DNA from: Candidatus Tayloriibacteriota bacterium
GTDB lineage: Bacteria > Patescibacteriota > Minisyncoccia > Phycocordibacterales > UBA6065
Length of the DNA stretch: 64,000 bases
Direction: 5' to 3'
Assembly (NCBI GenBank): GCA_016215405.1
Contig: JACRJQ010000007.1
Span: forward strand, 143-64,142
Shown here: positions 46,397 through 55,946 of the stretch, piece after piece
How the letters are laid out: each line of letters opens with the position of its first letter
Numbering within the stretch: the first letter of the stretch is position 1
Program-made: the position numbers and the translations under genes
Notes under the pieces: generated by a model
Seen by the model: the letters and a program-made list of their open reading frames with translations, nothing else
What the model was told of the DNA's origin: nothing
Database searches by the model: none

Positions 46397-47812
46397 TTAC
46401 ATCGCGCCCTTTCGGAATACGCGCCTGTAGCCCGTGCCTATCGACTTTGTCGTAGACTTGTCGGTCTTAAGAGGGCGTGGATATTTAGAATTGAATCCGC
46501 CCGATCGCTTCGGACCGCGGGAGAACCCGCCGCCCGCAGAAGCGCTCGCCTGAGGCCTGCTCCCCTGGTACCCGCCGCTACGGCCTCCGCTAAAGCCTCC
46601 CCTGCCCCTGCCTCCGCTGAATCCGCCCCTATACGAAGGGCGAGAGCTAGAAGAGTAGGACGACATGGCCGCGCCTTCGTGGCTTCGCGTAGGGATAGGC
46701 TTTTTCATGAGCTTTTCGATGTCCATGATGTCGCGCTTCTGGTCGGGAGTGGCGAACGAGATCGCCTTGCCTGCCTTTCCGGCGCGGCCAGTGCGGCCGA
46801 TGCGGTGGACGTAGTCTTCGGCCTGCTCGGGAAGGTCGTAGTTGACGACAACCGCGATATCTTTGACGTCGATGCCGCGAGCGGCGATGTCGGTCGCGAC
46901 GAGGACCTGGTATTTATGCCTCTTGAAGCCGTCGAGGGCCTCGCGCCTCTGGCCCAAAGAGCGGTTCGAGTGGATCTCGGCCGAGGTGACGCCGACGTTG
47001 CGGAGGTCTTCCGCGACGTTCTTGGCGCCGTGCTTCGTCCTCGTGAACACGATGACGGGCTCTCCCGGATGCTCGCCGATTATCTTTGCGAGAAGGGAGA
47101 ATTTCGAGCGCCTCTCTACGACGACCATCTCCTGCTCGACCTTCTCGGCAGCCGTACCCGCAGGCGCGACCTCGATCCTCAAAGGAAGGGCCATATGCTC
47201 TATCGCGAGCCGAGCGATCGCTTCGGGCATGGTCGCGGAGAAGAGCATGGTCTGGCGCTCCTTCGGCACCTGCTTCACGATCTCCTTTATCTGAGGCATG
47301 AATCCGATGTCGAACATATGGTCGGCCTCGTCGAGGACGAGGATGGTGACGTAGTCGAGCTTTATCGTCCCCTGCTCGAGGTGGTCGATAAGGCGTCCCG
47401 GCGTCGCGATGACGACGTCAGGCTTGTATTTGAGGTTTCGGATCTGGCGACCGATCGGCTCGCCGCCGATAAGCACCGCCGCCTTTATGCCGAGGGGGCC
47501 TCCGACCTTGTCGAAGGTCTCGTGCACCTGGAGCGCGAGCTCGCGGGTAGGCAAAAGGATGAGAGCGAGGGCGCCCTGGGTGAGTATCCTCTGGATTATC
47601 GGGATGCCGAACGCGAGGGTCTTGCCGGTACCCGTCTGGGCGATGCCTATGATGTCCTTGCCTTCGATCCCCGTAGGGACCACCTTATGCTGGATGGGCG
47701 TAGGAGTCTCGAATCCCTGCCTCTCGAGTATGGCGAGTATCTTTGGGTCTATTCCTAAATCGCTGAAGCGAGGGGCTTCGTTAGAAGCCTCTGTCTGTTT
47801 TATTGGTGTCAT
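46397..47812 (-). CDS. DEAD-box ATP-dependent RNA helicase with a C-terminal RGG/Gly-Ser-Arg-rich tail
   Basis: It has Q-motif, AQTGTGKT, DEAD and SAT motifs, with about 90 aa of low-complexity tail. Confidence 0.9.
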   Translation of the reverse strand: MTPIKQTEASNEAPRFSDLGIDPKILAILERQGFETPTPIQHKVVPTGIEGKDIIGIAQTGTGKTLAFGIPIIQRILTQGALALILLPTRELALQVHETFDKVGGPLGIKAAVLIGGEPIGRQIRNLKYKPDVVIATPGRLIDHLEQGTIKLDYVTILVLDEADHMFDIGFMPQIKEIVKQVPKERQTMLFSATMPEAIARLAIEHMALPLRIEVAPAGTAAEKVEQEMVVVERRSKFSLLAKIIGEHPGEPVIVFTRTKHGAKNVAEDLRNVGVTSAEIHSNRSLGQRREALDGFKRHKYQVLVATDIAARGIDVKDIAVVVNYDLPEQAEDYVHRIGRTGRAGKAGKAISFATPDQKRDIMDIEKLMKKPIPTRSHEGAAMSSYSSSSRPSYRGGFSGGRGRGGFSGGRSGGYQGSRPQASASAGGGFSRGPKRSGGFNSKYPRPLKTDKSTTKSIGTGYRRVFRKGAM

Positions 47813-47950
47813 ATTTTATTGCGTGACCCGAATCCGACAAGTCACATAAATATGACGAGAGAATCAAATCACTGGTTCTCCAGTAATGAGGAGAATTAAC
47901 GCTGTTTTAGAATTATAGCAAACTTTATGGCCCGAGTCAATGAACGCGGG

Positions 47951-49627
47951 CTACTCGGCCTTAGACTTCGGCGCGAAGCCTAATATGGCCCGAGCGAGGC
48001 GGATGTGGAGAAAGGACACGTTCGCGCCCACTTTCGACTTTATAGGCGAAAGGAGGAGCTCGTCGGACTCGCCGGAGAGCTCCTCTATCGCCTTTTCGAT
48101 CTTCTTCCAGTGCAAAGGCGACACCTCGCGCTTCAGATACGATATATCCATCTGGGCTTCGAGCTCGAGGAGCTTCTCTATGTGGGCGACTATGGTCTCG
48201 GGCGTCATCTCCCTCTCTTTGGCCATCTCGGCGACGGATTTCTTCGCTTCGATGAGAGCGAGCGTCTCTTCATAGGTCGAAAGCTTCTTTTCCTTTGGCG
48301 ACGGCTTGTTCTTCGCCACGAAATCCTCCTGGAGCTTTCGAAGCTCGGCAGGCCTGTCCTCGGCGAGCTCTTCGAGCCACACCTCTGCCTCCTCGGAGAG
48401 CTTTTGGAGGTCCGCGTCCCTCTCGAACACCTCATAATGCACGGAAAGGGCCGTCTCGTTCATACCGAGGATGGTGAGCCCGTCGAGAGTGCGCACGCGC
48501 GAGAGGGCGACGTACCCCATGCCGGGCTCGAACGATTTCGAGAGGTCGACCTCGACCGCGTCTAAGGACATCCCCTGGCTCTTGTGGACCGTTATCGCCC
48601 AGGCGAGGCGCAAAGGGTACTGCTCTATCAAGGCGAGCTCCTTGCCGTCCTCCTCTATCGTCCACGTGGCCTTCTCGATCCTGATCATGCGCCCGTCAGC
48701 CGCGCGGATGACCGGATCCTCGCCCGTTACGCACGATTCGACGATGCCTAGTGTGCCGTTCACGTAGCCCTCGTCGAAATTGTTCTTCACGCACATGACG
48801 CGCGCTCCCTTTTTAAGGCGGAGCACCTCGGGAGCGAGGCAGGATTTCTTCAACACCGCGACGAGCCTTTCGCGGCCCTTCGATTCCATGCGGTATTCAG
48901 TGAAGCCCATGCTCTCGAGGAGGTCGAATTCCCTCTCGTTGAGGGAATCGACGTCGACGTTGTGGGTAAAGAGCCTGGTCGGCTCGATCTTGGACGTCCT
49001 CTTGCCGTGCCTCGACTGCAAAAGCTCGCGCGACCCGTCGGAGACGTCGTTTCTGCGTATCTCGCTTAGGATAGAGAGCACTTCGCCGTCCTTGTGCCTG
49101 TGCTGCTCCGAGAGGTAGCAGATGAAGAACTTCGCCTCTGCCCAGGATTCGGAATGGTATATGAAGCGGCTCTCGGGCTCGCCGGGTCGGGAGACGGGCG
49201 GCAGCTGGAAGAAGTCGCCGCACAAGACGACCTGGACGCCGCCGAACGGGAGCTCGTTTCCCTTCATGGCCTTCATCACCTCGTTCACGAGATCGAAGCG
49301 GTAGTGATGGAGCATGGAGACCTCGTCGATGATGAGGACCTTCACCTTCTCGAAGCGCCTGCGGAGGTAGGCCTTCTCGGCGAGGCCCATGATGTCGTTT
49401 TGCGTGAGCGAGGCCTCGATGCCGATCCCTGCCCACGAATGGATGGTCATGCCGCCCATATGGGTCGCGGCGATGCCCGTCGAGGCGGTGACGCCTACGT
49501 CGATCTCGTTATCGCGCAGGTATTTTATGTAGGAATTGACGAGATGCGTCTTTCCGGAGCCCGCCGGGCCCGTGATGAACGCGTTCTTTCCCGTCTTTAG
49601 GATCTCTAGTGCTTGCGCCTGAGTCAT
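47951..49627 (-). CDS. Pif1/RecD-family ATP-dependent DNA helicase with a C-terminal HTH-like region
   Basis: It has GPAGSGKT Walker A, VLCGDFFQLPPV and a UvrD_C_2-like C-terminus. Confidence 0.8.
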   Translation of the reverse strand: MTQAQALEILKTGKNAFITGPAGSGKTHLVNSYIKYLRDNEIDVGVTASTGIAATHMGGMTIHSWAGIGIEASLTQNDIMGLAEKAYLRRRFEKVKVLIIDEVSMLHHYRFDLVNEVMKAMKGNELPFGGVQVVLCGDFFQLPPVSRPGEPESRFIYHSESWAEAKFFICYLSEQHRHKDGEVLSILSEIRRNDVSDGSRELLQSRHGKRTSKIEPTRLFTHNVDVDSLNEREFDLLESMGFTEYRMESKGRERLVAVLKKSCLAPEVLRLKKGARVMCVKNNFDEGYVNGTLGIVESCVTGEDPVIRAADGRMIRIEKATWTIEEDGKELALIEQYPLRLAWAITVHKSQGMSLDAVEVDLSKSFEPGMGYVALSRVRTLDGLTILGMNETALSVHYEVFERDADLQKLSEEAEVWLEELAEDRPAELRKLQEDFVAKNKPSPKEKKLSTYEETLALIEAKKSVAEMAKEREMTPETIVAHIEKLLELEAQMDISYLKREVSPLHWKKIEKAIEELSGESDELLLSPIKSKVGANVSFLHIRLARAILGFAPKSKAE

Positions 49628-49684
49628 AGAGGCGATTGTATCACGCGGCGAGGCGCTCGCCCCTAAAGAGAATATAAAGCGGGA

Positions 49685-50608
49685 TCAAGAGCCCGCGATG
49701 CGGTTTATGAGCCTTTCGAACGGACGGACGAAGACGAGGAATATGAGGGCCGAGAGGACGTTGAATATGAGGTGGACGTTCGCAACCTGATGGTCGAGAG
49801 ACCCGCCGAGGGACGAGACGAGCGCGTTGAAGGGAGCAAGGAACGGCAGGAGGGCGATGATGCCGATGAAGTTGAAGAGGAAATGCGCGAGGGCCGCCTT
49901 GTACGCCGCCGCGTTCATGCCGATAGAGGCGACGAGGGCGGTCACGGTCGTGCCGAGGTTCGCGCCGAGGATGATGCCCACCGCCTGTTCCATAGAGAGG
50001 AAGCCCGTCCCCGCGAGAAGGACGGTGACGCCCGAGGTGACGGTCGAAGCCTGCACTACGACCGTGAAGATCGCGCCGACGATGATGGCCCAGTAGACGT
50101 TCGTGATCTTGGAGAAGAACGAGAGCACGTCGGGATCGGTGCGCAAAGGCTCGACGTAGCTCGTGATGAGGGAGAGCGAGAGGAAGACGAGGCCGAAATA
50201 GAAGATGGGCTTGCCGAGGTGCTTGTAGCCGCGGCCCAAGTAGCCGACGAGGAAGCCTATGATGATAAAGAGAGGCGCGATGTTCGCCACGTCAAAGGCG
50301 ACGAGCTGGGTGATGAGGGACGTGCCGACGTTCGCGCCGAATATGACGCCCAAAGACTGGTAGAACGACAGGACACCCGCGTTCACGAGCGAGACCACGA
50401 GGACCGTCGTCGCGGTCGAGGACTGGATGAGCGCGGTAAAGAACGTCCCCGCGAGAAACCCTTTGAGGGGCGTCTCGGTGAGGGCGTCGAGCATCGACTT
50501 GAACCGCTCCCCCGCTATCCTCCTTATCTGGTTGGAGAATTTCTGGATGCTGAAAAGGAAGACGAGGACGAGCGCGAGGACCGGCAGCACGACCGTAGTG
50601 AGGATCAT
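49685..50608 (-). CDS. Na/Pi-cotransporter family protein
   Basis: It has two NptA-type repeats and 8 TM segments. Confidence 0.75.
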   Translation of the reverse strand: MILTTVVLPVLALVLVFLFSIQKFSNQIRRIAGERFKSMLDALTETPLKGFLAGTFFTALIQSSTATTVLVVSLVNAGVLSFYQSLGVIFGANVGTSLITQLVAFDVANIAPLFIIIGFLVGYLGRGYKHLGKPIFYFGLVFLSLSLITSYVEPLRTDPDVLSFFSKITNVYWAIIVGAIFTVVVQASTVTSGVTVLLAGTGFLSMEQAVGIILGANLGTTVTALVASIGMNAAAYKAALAHFLFNFIGIIALLPFLAPFNALVSSLGGSLDHQVANVHLIFNVLSALIFLVFVRPFERLINRIAGS

Positions 50609-50647
50609 GAGAGATATAGTATCAGAAAGCCTGGATAGGGCTGTGAA

Positions 50648-51232
50648 TTACTCGGCCAACGCCGGCTTTTTCCACAGGATCGCATACAGAGTGCCCACCG
50701 TCGCGACGAGCACTATCGGATAGAGCCAGACGGAGAGGCCGGTGTCGGTGCCGATCGCGACGGTAGCGAGATTGAGAAGGACGCCCGCGAAGAAGAACGA
50801 CCAGGCGACCTTCGACTCCTTGCCCGGCATGATCCAGGCTTTACGGATCGTGGGGACGTAACCCGAGACATAGACGACCAAGTTCGCGACGAGGGCCACG
50901 AAGGCGCTCCCTGTATACCACCAGAGGAAAAGGGACGCCAGGGATACGAAGAGGGATATGCGGTCCGTTTTCGACCAGCCTCCCACGCCGAGAGGTATCG
51001 AGAGGAGGAATATGAGGGTGCATCCCACGGCGTCGGCGACGGGCACCCAGATAGCCTCATGCGTGCCGGTCTCCTTTACCCCGAAGAGGAGCACGATGGT
51101 CGAGAGCGACCATATGAACCACGACGCGCGGTTAGGCACCGTCTTTTTCGTCGCGACCTCATAGATATACGGTATGTATCCTACGATAAGGAGGGCTCCC
51201 GATATCGCGCCTAGGATCTGCGGCAATGTCAT
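50648..51232 (-). CDS. hypothetical multi-pass membrane protein
   Basis: It has 6 hydrophobic helices. Confidence 0.5.
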   Translation of the reverse strand: MTLPQILGAISGALLIVGYIPYIYEVATKKTVPNRASWFIWSLSTIVLLFGVKETGTHEAIWVPVADAVGCTLIFLLSIPLGVGGWSKTDRISLFVSLASLFLWWYTGSAFVALVANLVVYVSGYVPTIRKAWIMPGKESKVAWSFFFAGVLLNLATVAIGTDTGLSVWLYPIVLVATVGTLYAILWKKPALAE

Positions 51233-51271
51233 GGGAAAAGTATAGCAGAGGCTCGCCGCGATGCGCGAGGC

Positions 51272-51736
51272 CTAGCTCTTGCTCTGCCTCTCGTACCGGC
51301 CCATGAGCTCGGCTTTGGCGATGACGTGCCCCTCCATCGCCTCGAGGATCTCGGGCTTCTTCACGCCTTTCTTTAGGGCGAGCTGGGTATCGAGGGCATA
51401 GAGGCGGAAATAATAGCGGTGCTCGCCTTCGGGCGGACAGGGTCCGATGTATGCCGTCTGCCCTGCCGAATTCGCTCCGTACGTCCCCGGCATCACGGCG
51501 TCGACCTCTTTCGCGCCGGGGGTCTTCGGCGGGATGTTAAAGACGACCCAATGGTCGAAGATCCCCGAAGGCTCGATCTCGACGGGGACGTCTATGTCCT
51601 CAGCTATAAGGACGAGGGATTTCGCCTCTGCCGGCACGGCGTCGAAATCGAGAGGCACATGCCTGTTCTCCCCGTCGCAGGTGTATTGCGGCGGTATCGA
51701 CCCTTCATGTCCGAACGCTGGGCTCGTTATCTTCAT
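51272..51736 (-). CDS. YbhB/YbcL (PEBP, Raf-kinase-inhibitor-like) family protein
   Basis: It has …MKITSPAFGHEGSIPPQYTCDGEN…DVPVE…. Confidence 0.8.
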   Translation of the reverse strand: MKITSPAFGHEGSIPPQYTCDGENRHVPLDFDAVPAEAKSLVLIAEDIDVPVEIEPSGIFDHWVVFNIPPKTPGAKEVDAVMPGTYGANSAGQTAYIGPCPPEGEHRYYFRLYALDTQLALKKGVKKPEILEAMEGHVIAKAELMGRYERQSKS

Positions 51737-51815
51737 ACACAGATACTACGAAGCGAACGCCCTCAATATCTTCAATGAAAAAGCCCCGCGAGCCGTAGGC
51801 TCGCGGGGCTTTTTA

Positions 51816-53096
51816 TCATTTCGCTATCAAAGAGTATTGGACTATCCAGACGAGAGCGCAGGCGGCGAACCCAAGGAGAGCTGGGACGAAGGCGACTCTG
51901 AAATATTTCTCGAAGGTAAGCCCTTTGACGAGGCCCATGGCCACGACCCCCGCCGCGGAGCCAAGAGAGAGGAGCGACCCTCCGATACCGACCATAAGAG
52001 CGAGGAGAACCCAGAGCTGAGGGTCAGAGACGTCCAGGATCTTTATCGCGATCGCGGTAAGGGGGATGTTGTCGAGGACGGAGGATATCGCTCCGAGGCC
52101 GATATTGCCGACTATCACCCGCGAAGTCTCCGTATCGGCTCCGTACACCCCGTTCGATACTGCTTCGAGGACCCCGAGAGAGCCCAGGGCCGAGACCGCG
52201 AGGAGGATGCCGATAAAGAATTTGATGGAACCGAGGTCGGATTTCTGGATGAGGTGCTCGATCGACGCGGTAAGGTGCGTCTCGGCTCCTGAAGTCCTTT
52301 TGAATATATCGACGAGCATCCACGTCATGCCGAGGCCTAAAAGGATGCCGAGGACGGGCGGCAGATGGACCCCCTTTACGAGCACGGGAAGGAGGAACGA
52401 TATGAGAACGAATCCCAAGACGGCTTTTTCGCTCTGAAGCATGGCGATAGCCGGGACGGCGTCAGTGCGCACGGACGGCTCCGGCTTTATCTTGCGCACG
52501 AAAAGGGCCATGGAGACGAGGAGCGCCGCGAGAGACGGCAGGAAACCGTAGAGCATTATCTCGATCGCCGAGAATTTATCGGCGAGCCAGAGCATGATGG
52601 TCGTCACATCCCCTATCGGAGAGAACGCCCCGCCCGCGTTCGCGGCGATGACGACCCCTGCGGACGCAAGGTAGAGGTTCTCGTCCCAAAAGAACTTCCT
52701 CGCTATCTGGATCATGACGATGGTCGTCGTGAGGTTATCCAAGACGGCCGACAGAAAGAACGTGATCGTGAGAACGGCGCAGAACTGGCCCGTAAGAGAC
52801 ATGTTCCAAGAAGAGAGCTTCGACTTTATGAAATCGAAGAGGCGGTAATGTCCCGCGATCTCGACGAGGGACATCGCCGCGAGGAGAAAAGCGACGAGGC
52901 TGAATATCTCGGAGCCCGTATGGAGTATGTTCTCCTCTATGCCCTGAGGGTCGAAAAGGCCGAGGAGTATCCAGAGCAGGCCGCCCATAGAGAGAGCGAC
53001 CGCCGACTTGCCCACTTTAAGCTTCGTCTCGAGAGCGATGACCGCATACCCGAGGACGAACACCAGAGACGCTACCGCTTGTGCCACCTGTGCCAT
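51816..53096 (-). CDS. ArsB/NhaD-superfamily permease
   Basis: The 426-aa product has about 12 TM segments and citrate-transporter-like repeats. Confidence 0.75.
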   Translation of the reverse strand: MAQVAQAVASLVFVLGYAVIALETKLKVGKSAVALSMGGLLWILLGLFDPQGIEENILHTGSEIFSLVAFLLAAMSLVEIAGHYRLFDFIKSKLSSWNMSLTGQFCAVLTITFFLSAVLDNLTTTIVMIQIARKFFWDENLYLASAGVVIAANAGGAFSPIGDVTTIMLWLADKFSAIEIMLYGFLPSLAALLVSMALFVRKIKPEPSVRTDAVPAIAMLQSEKAVLGFVLISFLLPVLVKGVHLPPVLGILLGLGMTWMLVDIFKRTSGAETHLTASIEHLIQKSDLGSIKFFIGILLAVSALGSLGVLEAVSNGVYGADTETSRVIVGNIGLGAISSVLDNIPLTAIAIKILDVSDPQLWVLLALMVGIGGSLLSLGSAAGVVAMGLVKGLTFEKYFRVAFVPALLGFAACALVWIVQYSLIAK

Positions 53097-53258
53097 AGGA
53101 GAAGATTAAGCCCTGTATAAGATGTCGAAAACGGAGATCTCCGATTTTTTGACGACAAGTCCCCAGACTATTCCCTTTTCGATACAATTTCAAAGGGTTT
53201 TTCCACAGGGGTGGGCTAGGCGAGGGCGCGTCTCGGCGATCTTTTCGGCAAGGAAACA

Positions 53259-53284
53259 AAACACCTCAACCGGTTGAGGTGTTT
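53259..53284. terminator. perfect 12-bp palindrome aacacctcaacc/ggttgaggtgtt flanked by A- and T-runs (bidirectional terminator)
   Basis: It is seen directly in the sequence and is a near copy of 41621-41648. Confidence 0.5.
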
Positions 53285-53306
53285 TCGTTTTGTTGCCGGA
53301 CTTGGA
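53285..53306. repeat. direct repeat of the tRNA-Gln 3-prime end (att-like), 20 of 22 nt identical to 53515-53537
   Basis: ttcgttttgttgccggacttgga matches ttcaatttgttgccggacttgga. Confidence 0.6.
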
Positions 53307-53523
53307 CCAGGAGTACCTTTATCGCCCTCGACTCGGAAATAGAGACTTGGACCATGAGTACATGTATCGAAACTTACAGTTTCAGTACCCGTTTCCCATT
53401 TTCTCGGATGAATACATTCTCGAAAATATGGGAGAACGGCTTCGATTCCAAGGCGCATCTGCCTCAGGCAGATGCTTCCGGACAAATTGAAAAGAGCCCC
53501 GTAAAGGAGCTCTTTTCAATTTG

Positions 53524-53594
53524 TTGCCGGACTTGGAATCGAACCAAAATTTTCGCTTTCAGAGAGCGACGTCCTGCCTTTAGACGATCCGGCA
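53524..53594 (-). tRNA. tRNA-Gln (anticodon CUG)
   Basis: The manually folded cloverleaf has U1-A72, U8, A14, G18G19, U33, a CUG anticodon, A37 and a T-loop UUCGAUU. CCA is not encoded. Confidence 0.75.
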
Positions 53595-53691
53595 ATGCCC
53601 TAAGAAATTAGCATACTCGGTCGAGAAAATAAAGATTGAGGCAAAACAAAGGCCGTCGCGAGGGACGGCCTGGAAAGGAAAGGTCGTATGC

Positions 53692-54435
53692 TTAGACCTT
53701 GCGGTATTTGTTCGCGATCTTCACGGCGCGCTCGGGGCTATCGAGCGAGACGAGCTTCACGGCGAGCGACACGCGGTTCTTCTCGTCGAGCGCCTGCCAA
53801 TAGGTCTCGACGAGGGAGTCGCCATCGACGCCCGGGAGCGGCACGAGGAGAGGCTCTCCCACAAACGGCGGCAGAGGCTCTCCGTCGCCCGCGTAGGTCG
53901 TGACGCAGTAGCCGTAGCCTGCGGGGATCTTCTCGTAGCGGAAGAACTCCCTCTCGCATTCCGGGCTCCCGTGCGCCTTGCGGAGGATCGCGATCTCGGC
54001 GAGCGGGCGGTCGTCGCGGACCGAGAGGACGCCGGTGATCCGCGGAGTGAAGTTCGGCGCGTCGGGCTCATACTGGAAGATCGAGAGTCCGCGCTCGAGG
54101 GATCCCGAATGGAGGCATGCCGCGAGGGCCGCTTCCGTCTGGTGGCCGTTGCTTACGGCGTAGACGCCGTCGGCTTCGAGCATCGCGTCGTAGATGATGA
54201 GGCTCGGGTCCTTCACCTTGGACGGATCGGCCGCTTCGGTGAAGAGCCGCCCGCCGTCGCTCGAAAAGACCCGATTACGGCTGTTCTCGCTCCGGCCCAT
54301 GATCCAGTAGATGAGGACCAGCTTCGAGACGTCCGCGGTAAGGCCGAGGACGAGGCCGCGGCCGGGATACGGGTTCTTCGCGAGGGCGTCGAGGTTCCCT
54401 TGCGCTTCTTCATGCAGAACGGTGTTCATATTCAT
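53692..54435 (-). CDS. IMP cyclohydrolase-like protein (archaeal PurO family)
   Basis: It has …NPYPGRGLVLG…IIYDAMLEADGVYAVSNGHQTEA… resembling PurO. Confidence 0.6.
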   Translation of the reverse strand: MNMNTVLHEEAQGNLDALAKNPYPGRGLVLGLTADVSKLVLIYWIMGRSENSRNRVFSSDGGRLFTEAADPSKVKDPSLIIYDAMLEADGVYAVSNGHQTEAALAACLHSGSLERGLSIFQYEPDAPNFTPRITGVLSVRDDRPLAEIAILRKAHGSPECEREFFRYEKIPAGYGYCVTTYAGDGEPLPPFVGEPLLVPLPGVDGDSLVETYWQALDEKNRVSLAVKLVSLDSPERAVKIANKYRKV

Positions 54436-54571
54436 CTGTCATTCCTTGTTGAGGTTTTTGTGCTGAGACTCCTCGAAACACTACTTGAAAGGAGCCTCGC
54501 GTCAAGCGCCCTCCCCAGAGGCTCGACCGCGAGGGACCGTGTTCATAACCCCACCTCCCCGTAGTCTATAA

Positions 54572-55942
54572 TTGACGCATCGCATGGCACTCGCTTTTTC
54601 AAATCTAAAGAAGGGCGCTCGCAAGATACGAGAGAATCCCCAGCTCTTCTATACGATCGTCGTCGCCGTCCTCATCGCGGGAGCCTTCGTCCTCATGGCG
54701 GAGCGCTTCGTCCGTATCGCGAACGACGCCCAAGAGAGGCTCGTGAACGTCCGCATCGGCTCCCTGCAGGACGCCTTCGTCGCTTTCGCGCGCGACTCGA
54801 TAGGCGACCCCGAGAACCTCGAGCGAAAGATAGCCGAGGTGTCGCGGTCGAACGAGACCATAAAGAGCTTCAAGATATTCGAAAGGAGGCTCTCCACCTC
54901 GAGCCCTGCCGTCTTCGCGGTCATAGCGTCGAAAGACCCTACGGAGACAGGCTCTTCGGACCCGGGCGCGGAATTCCTCTACTCTCTAGCGTCGTCCGAC
55001 CCGCGAAGCTCCTTTACCCTCGAATCGACGGACGGAAAAGAAAGGCTCTTTCACACCGCGCGCGCAATCGAAGCCGCAGACGGGAGCGTCCTCGGAGTCG
55101 CCGTCACGACACAGACCCTCTCTCAGGCGGACAAGGCGATCGAGTCGAGCATACAGAGGTCGATCGCGATACTCGTCGCGGTCCTCATCGTCATCATGCT
55201 CCTGTTCCTGCGCCACTCCCGCATCATCGACTATTCGACCCTCTATCGAAAGCTCAAGGAAGTGGACCAGCTCAAGGACGACTTCATCTCCATGGCATCC
55301 CACGAGCTGAGGACTCCGCTATCCTCTATACGCGGCTATGCCGAGTTCATCCGCGAGGCGCCCGACCTCTCTGCGGACACCAAGCAATACGCCGAGAGGA
55401 TAGACGTATCCGCCAAAGACCTGGACTCTCTCGTCGCGGATATCCTCGACGTGTCGAGGATCGAGCAAGGCAGGATGTCCTTCAAAACGGAGCGCCTCGA
55501 CGCCTCCTCGGCGGTAAAAGACGTCGTCTCCTCCCTCTCCCTGCCGGCCAAAGACAAGGGTCTCGCCCTTTCCTTCGAATCGAAGGCGCCGGAAGCGGCG
55601 ATCCTCGCCGATAAAGACAGGCTGCGCCAGGCCCTCACGAACATCATAGGGAACGCGGTCAAATATACGAAGCAAGGAGAGGTCAAAGCGGCGGTATATG
55701 CCGAAGGCGGCAAGCTCTTTGTACGCATAAGCGACACCGGGGTCGGCATGTCCGCCGAGGAACAGAAGAGGCTCTTCGAGAAGTTCTACAGGATCCGGAC
55801 GAAGGATACGGAGGACATAAAGGGAACGGGCCTCGGCCTCTGGATAACGGCGCAGATCATACGCGAGATGAAAGGATCGATCTCTGTCGAATCCATAAAG
55901 GGAGTCGGCTCGCATTTCATAATCGCATTTCCATTAGCTTAA
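54572..55942 (+). CDS. membrane sensor histidine kinase
   Basis: It has two TM segments bracketing an extracytoplasmic domain, HisKA SHELRTPL and HATPase_c with N/G boxes. Confidence 0.9.
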   Translation: MTHRMALAFSNLKKGARKIRENPQLFYTIVVAVLIAGAFVLMAERFVRIANDAQERLVNVRIGSLQDAFVAFARDSIGDPENLERKIAEVSRSNETIKSFKIFERRLSTSSPAVFAVIASKDPTETGSSDPGAEFLYSLASSDPRSSFTLESTDGKERLFHTARAIEAADGSVLGVAVTTQTLSQADKAIESSIQRSIAILVAVLIVIMLLFLRHSRIIDYSTLYRKLKEVDQLKDDFISMASHELRTPLSSIRGYAEFIREAPDLSADTKQYAERIDVSAKDLDSLVADILDVSRIEQGRMSFKTERLDASSAVKDVVSSLSLPAKDKGLALSFESKAPEAAILADKDRLRQALTNIIGNAVKYTKQGEVKAAVYAEGGKLFVRISDTGVGMSAEEQKRLFEKFYRIRTKDTEDIKGTGLGLWITAQIIREMKGSISVESIKGVGSHFIIAFPLA

Positions 55943-55946
55943 ACAT

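Noticed and set aside
46310-47849. 482-aa plus-strand ORF and others overlapping the DEAD-box helicase gene
   Set aside because: They are antisense to a gene with all helicase motifs.
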